A DNA stretch of 64,000 nucleotides from Methanobacteriota archaeon (GTDB taxonomy: Archaea; Thermoplasmatota; Poseidoniia; Poseidoniales; Poseidoniaceae). The first letter of the stretch is position 1, and each line of letters opens with the position of its first letter. The stretch spans positions 29,090 through 93,089 of the forward strand of contig JAAZXA010000068.1 of NCBI GenBank assembly GCA_014240385.1, written 5' to 3'. The notes under the pieces are model-generated. The model was not told the DNA's origin. It saw only the letters and a program-made list of their open reading frames with translations, and made no database searches. This document shows, piece after piece, positions 60,027 to 64,000 of the stretch. The translations under genes and the position numbers were made by a program.

Positions 60027-60656
60027 CTAGAATCCATACGGTTGCCCTAGTAGCCCTCTCGCATTACTGTGTCCGTCTAGGTTAGTGTATCTTCGTCTCG
60101 ATATCTCAACGAATTTCAAGAATATTGTTCCTGTTGTCTGGAGGTTTTGAACCTTCAAACGGATTCTATGCCTGTATGGCCTAAGACCTCGGAACATTGC
60201 TACTTTGAGTGTGGCTGTATCTTTCTTCAAGAACCAATTTCCATACTGCTCAGGCATTCCTAAATCAGATACATCTTCAAGGATGATTCCTTGGTATGAT
60301 GATGATGATGTCGTGTCGTAATGGCTTTCCAATCCGCCTTGAGCGAATCCGTCTAATTGTAAGAAGACTGCGAGTTTCTCAGGGTTTGCAGGGGTGCTTC
60401 CGTCTGGAAGGTCGCCTGCATCTGCTGTAGCTTGAATAATCACATAGTTCAATTCCCCGGATTCTCTGTCATCGAGAATTGTTAGGGTTTCGCCAGCCGC
60501 TATTTCGATTTTGTTTCTGCGGATGGTGATGTCTCGAAGATCTTGTTGGTCTGCTCTGCCGCCATCCATACCTGCCATCGGATCTATGATTAGAGGTATT
60601 TCCATTGGCGGTGCTGAGTCAATTATATCGCTAATTCCATCTGGTTCGTGTTCCAT
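60027..60656 (-). CDS. hypothetical structural-module protein, 209 aa
   Basis: track ORF; start coupled to stop of upstream large gene. Confidence 0.5.
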   Translation of the reverse strand: MEHEPDGISDIIDSAPPMEIPLIIDPMAGMDGGRADQQDLRDITIRRNKIEIAAGETLTILDDRESGELNYVIIQATADAGDLPDGSTPANPEKLAVFLQLDGFAQGGLESHYDTTSSSSYQGIILEDVSDLGMPEQYGNWFLKKDTATLKVAMFRGLRPYRHRIRLKVQNLQTTGTIFLKFVEISRRRYTNLDGHSNARGLLGQPYGF

Positions 60657-63511
60657 CAGTAATCCCTCCGATGTGTTGAGCGTGGGTCTCTGCGTTGTTT
60701 ATGCCTTCTCCTGGATGTGCCGTTAAGGATTACTTCTGTCTGAGGTGTTATTTGGTTCGTGGCATTGTCGAACTCTTGTTTGTTCATTGGAGTTCCTTTG
60801 TGGTTCCTTACATGCTCATGCCAACCCTCAGCAGGTCCAGCAGGCCCAGCAGTTCCTCTACCGAGTCCTTGTTTCTTGTATGCATCTAGAGCGTGTGGGA
60901 TTACTTCGTATTTGAATCCGCCAGATCTCTTAGTCATTCGTCTGACTTCTGGGTCTGGGACTGGTCGAAGTTTGTATTTGTAGCCAACAATGGTGAGCAC
61001 AGGATCTAAGATGTCTTCATCATTACCTGCAATCTGGAATTCGGGTAGGTTCTCTTCACCAACTCCGACCCAGAGCATGTAGGTTGGGTTCGGAGCAATT
61101 GCTGGAGATTCATTGGCTGTTATCCATCCTGTTTTGTTAATCATCAGGGCATCATTGTTATCCATTCCTACATCGTCTCTGAATGCTACTCCTTGAGCCG
61201 CGAACTTTGGTACTCCTTTTGGTTGGTATACTCGAAGTCTTGCGCTTGTGTAGCCAACGAATGTTTTCTGCATTTTCCCTCGAGTTGTTGTTGGTGCAGT
61301 CCAGTCGCATTGGTAGGCTGTTCCGTTGTCTGGTAGTTTACCAAGTTGGTCTCTCATGACACCTCCGAAATGCGTTGATTTAGGACCTGTTTCGGTAGTC
61401 CCAGCATTGAGGACAGTTAATTGTTCATCAGTATCAAAAAGGTATGTTGTTGGGGAGAAGGGTACATCGCTTCGGGTAGCCTTGGCGAAACCACCTGCTG
61501 CAGTAATGAATTTGGGTGTGTGATTCAAACCAACGCCTACATGATATACGACTGACTTGTCTTTTTTGGATAAGGTGTCCAATATTGTGGCTTGGAATTT
61601 GTTTAGCATTGTTTGCGTTCCTGCGGCTTCTGAACCAGCATGTCCAGGAATGAATTGGATTCGAACAGGATCTCCTGCTACGAATCCTTGGTGAGTAAGG
61701 GCTGCTGTGGTGAAAGTACCTTGTTTGTTGCTCAATGTAACTGCCCCTGTAATTTTTGCTACCTCACGGACGGCTCCGTTTTGCCCTCCAAATATGATGT
61801 CGGTTCCTACAGGTATTACGAGGCTGTCCCATGAGCTTCCAGCAATGGCCTCATTTTCTGTTACATTGATTACAAATGATGTCATCCCTACATTCAATGA
61901 AACCAATTCTGCCTCGAGACCCACTGGGAGTGCAACCGTCAATGAATCAACGCCGGTTACCCTGTGTAACCCTGCGCCCGTCATTACCAATTGTCCTGGC
62001 ATCAACTTCTGCGGGACTCTTCCTCCTTGAGCGAGGGCGGCTCCTGCTGGTTTTGTGTTGGGTGCGGTCTTCCTCGTTACTTTGATGGTTTGGAGACCTC
62101 CTCGAGTCACTACTGCATTCTTGTTGTAGTTGTTCAATGTTGAAGTGGCTGTTGCCTTGGTTGATGAGCCACCTCCAGTGAATGTGATTGGGGGCGGGGT
62201 TCCATAACCTGCTCCGGGATTGGTAATATCAACTGATTCAACAGTTGTTGAGGTTAATGTGGCGGTCATGGTTTCTGCGGCGCCACAGTTGGCTTGACCT
62301 GCTAGGAGCGCAGTAGATGAGGCAATTGCGTATGCTCCCGTTCCGCCTGAATCTGCTGCTATGGGAAGGACTGCTGCCCCGAACTGGTCGCAGAATGGAT
62401 CTGCTGGTAATACAGTTAATGTCGGGGGTGCGGTGTAACCTGCTCCTGGCGTTGATACTGTAACTGAAGCTATTGTGGTTGGAATGAGGCTGGCGACTGC
62501 AGTGGCACCGCTTCCTGCAAACCCCGTAAGGCCTGATAAGTCGATGGTGGGTGCTGATGTGTAACTTCCACCTGCTGATGTTATGGTTACTACTGTGATT
62601 GTATTGCCTGCGACATCTACTGTTGCAGTACCAGATCCACTTACTGTAATGCTTAGGCCGGTCCCATTGGTTAGGCCTGTTCCTGCATTGGTGATTGTAA
62701 TTCTTCCTAGAGTGGTTGCGGTTAATACTGGAACACATACTGCTGCAGTTGTTGGTGTGTCGTCATTTGACGGGGTGACTACGAGTGTTGGAACCTTCGT
62801 ATACTTCGCTGTAAGGGCGCTGCCCTCAGAACGGGCTACTGCTGAACCTGCTACGGCGACTGATGCTACGCTAGTGCCTGTTAATTTGGCAACTGCGGTA
62901 GCACCGCCCCCAGTATCAATCCAAGCCTCTGCTTCTGCTGAATAGGTTGGGTCACTTTGAGCACTACTGGAACCTGTTGAATCTGTAAGGGCGACCGTAG
63001 GCGGTGTTGTATACCCACTTCCTCGAGAATTGGCATCGGTTGTATCGCCTTGAGGGAATATGATTTGTTGGATTGTACCATTGCGAATGTAAGCAAATGC
63101 TAGGGCTCCAGAACCTGCGCCTCCGGAGAAGGCGATTTTAGGCCCGATTTCATACCTGCTAGTGGTATCGGGGTTTGTACCCCATGTAGACACCGTAGCA
63201 GACTTTGTAGCGCCCGTGTAATCCGTTATTTCACGGACTTGCCCTGCGCCCGTCCCAGATTCGATGTAAATGTATGCGCCATTGTAGTAATCGTCAGCGG
63301 CATTTGCTGTTCCTGCTAGAACTATTGTAGTTCCGCTTCCGCCTGTTGCCATTCCGTTTGTGTGATTGTCATAGATGAAGCGTCCTGCACCGCTTGAACC
63401 GTCATTGAGGATGTTCAATTTGGTTATGAAGCCCGAAACAACGGCAACTGTCGGAACAGTTTCATAACTGACTCCTGCGCCCGTTATTTCGATTGATTTT
63501 ATACCTGCCAT
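60656..63511 (-). CDS. large repetitive T/G/A/S-rich protein (tail-fibre / receptor-binding-like structural protein, inferred)
   Basis: 951 aa; AAGGTGAT SD 6 nt upstream; three GxGY[TG]xPPxx repeats (SGYTTPPTVAL, GAGYTAPPTLTV, GAGYGTPPPITF). Confidence 0.45.
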   Translation of the reverse strand: MAGIKSIEITGAGVSYETVPTVAVVSGFITKLNILNDGSSGAGRFIYDNHTNGMATGGSGTTIVLAGTANAADDYYNGAYIYIESGTGAGQVREITDYTGATKSATVSTWGTNPDTTSRYEIGPKIAFSGGAGSGALAFAYIRNGTIQQIIFPQGDTTDANSRGSGYTTPPTVALTDSTGSSSAQSDPTYSAEAEAWIDTGGGATAVAKLTGTSVASVAVAGSAVARSEGSALTAKYTKVPTLVVTPSNDDTPTTAAVCVPVLTATTLGRITITNAGTGLTNGTGLSITVSGSGTATVDVAGNTITVVTITSAGGSYTSAPTIDLSGLTGFAGSGATAVASLIPTTIASVTVSTPGAGYTAPPTLTVLPADPFCDQFGAAVLPIAADSGGTGAYAIASSTALLAGQANCGAAETMTATLTSTTVESVDITNPGAGYGTPPPITFTGGGSSTKATATSTLNNYNKNAVVTRGGLQTIKVTRKTAPNTKPAGAALAQGGRVPQKLMPGQLVMTGAGLHRVTGVDSLTVALPVGLEAELVSLNVGMTSFVINVTENEAIAGSSWDSLVIPVGTDIIFGGQNGAVREVAKITGAVTLSNKQGTFTTAALTHQGFVAGDPVRIQFIPGHAGSEAAGTQTMLNKFQATILDTLSKKDKSVVYHVGVGLNHTPKFITAAGGFAKATRSDVPFSPTTYLFDTDEQLTVLNAGTTETGPKSTHFGGVMRDQLGKLPDNGTAYQCDWTAPTTTRGKMQKTFVGYTSARLRVYQPKGVPKFAAQGVAFRDDVGMDNNDALMINKTGWITANESPAIAPNPTYMLWVGVGEENLPEFQIAGNDEDILDPVLTIVGYKYKLRPVPDPEVRRMTKRSGGFKYEVIPHALDAYKKQGLGRGTAGPAGPAEGWHEHVRNHKGTPMNKQEFDNATNQITPQTEVILNGTSRRRHKQRRDPRSTHRRDY

Positions 63512-63530
63512 CTAGATCACCTTCGTGATC

Positions 63531-63944
63531 TCAGACTGCGAAATCATCTTGCATTGTTCCTGCATGAGGCAGGCCGTAGTCCGTGATGATTTTGTAGTGT
63601 AGCTTCCCGTTGTTCGATGCCCTCATTTCTTCTACCTTTGCTCTGCTTAGAGGCGTTACGCGAATTTTGTAGCCTTCGAGATAGATGACTGGGTCGTAGC
63701 AAACTTCACCCGATACATTCAAAAATCTGAAATTTGGCAAATTGCTCTCGCCTTCGGAAATCCAAATACCAAACGCAGGGTTAGGGTCGTCCTGTGGACT
63801 GTTGTTTACATCAATCCATCCTGTCTTGTCGTCTCCGGGACTCTCATCAGCGGACCATCTTGGGATTCCAGAGGGATGCTGTAGGAAGCAACGGCCTGAG
63901 ATATCTCCGACCTTCATTCTCTGTGCTGCACCTACTGTCTTCAA
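63531..63944 (-). CDS. hypothetical protein, 137 aa (ATG alternative start at ~63917)
   Basis: track ORF uses TTG; in-frame ATG 9 codons downstream. Confidence 0.4.
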   Translation of the reverse strand: MKTVGAAQRMKVGDISGRCFLQHPSGIPRWSADESPGDDKTGWIDVNNSPQDDPNPAFGIWISEGESNLPNFRFLNVSGEVCYDPVIYLEGYKIRVTPLSRAKVEEMRASNNGKLHYKIITDYGLPHAGTMQDDFAV

Positions 63945-64000
63945 TGCTGCAGAAAGTGTGATTTCAGTTGTGTCGTTAGGGAATCCTACTCCGTTGTAAG

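Noticed and set aside
60656-63511. Diversity-generating retroelement target
   Set aside because: No reverse transcriptase gene, and no template or variable repeat pair was recognisable nearby.
1-64000. Alternative genetic code or stop-codon reassignment
   Set aside because: Motif-defined genes terminate cleanly at TAA, TAG or TGA immediately before the next motif. No gene required read-through.
1-64000. Bacteriophage of a bacterial host
   Set aside because: The tRNAs have archaeal arm sequences. One has a short BHB-type anticodon-loop intron, not a group I intron. The element encodes a TFB homologue and has TATA-like boxes at -27 of leaderless starts. An archaeal context is favoured, and a eukaryotic virus is less likely given the SD-coupled polycistronic layout.

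Overview
Best reading: a gene-dense archaeal virus or virus-like mobile element, or an integrated copy of one, at about 45% GC. Three lines of evidence point to archaea: three archaeal-type tRNAs (one with a ~57-nt anticodon-loop intron), an element-encoded TFB/TFIIB homologue, and TATA-like boxes at a fixed -27 from several start codons. The virus assignment itself is inference: no capsid or terminase gene is recognisable in the window.

The window falls into four parts:
- (i) 1-39,422: about 90 short genes, all on the minus strand, packed 0-12 nt apart. Nearly every one starts with ATG immediately preceded by the heptamer ACCGCTC. On the + strand this reads CATGAGCGGT, about 70 exact copies plus relaxed variants. 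The supplied ORF track over-extends most of these ORFs upstream, and the in-frame read-through of the motif shows up as '...PLM...' in the translations.
- The same block encodes a probable 7-deazaguanine DNA-modification set: a TGT/DpdA-like transglycosylase, a QueD/PTPS-like protein, a radical-SAM protein and two PP-loop ATPases. It also has at least four DNA methyltransferases (DPPY, NPPY and DPPH motifs), a DEDD exonuclease, P-loop kinase and ATPase, RHH and winged-helix regulators, a WGR-domain protein, and many Zn-ribbon or Cys-rich micro-proteins.
- (ii) 39.4-42.6 kb: a non-coding control region at the divergent strand switch. It holds the intron-containing tRNA, three copies of a two-hairpin element, an 85-bp repeat present twice, and a ~130-bp periodic array of four 56-bp units each carrying a GGTATATGAATAGGCC box.
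- (iii) 42.6-53.8 kb: plus-strand genes. These include the TFB homologue, a two-domain GT4-like glycosyltransferase plus a GT2, an Arf-like small GTPase, an acidic hexanucleotide-repeat protein and membrane proteins. Five of them share ATAYGRCTGAACC placed exactly 14 nt before the ATG.
- (iv) 54-64 kb: a Shine-Dalgarno-driven module. tRNA-Arg and tRNA-Lys bracket a serine recombinase; beyond them lies a 951-aa repetitive fibre-like protein.

All functional calls rest on motifs read by eye; nothing was searched against a database.
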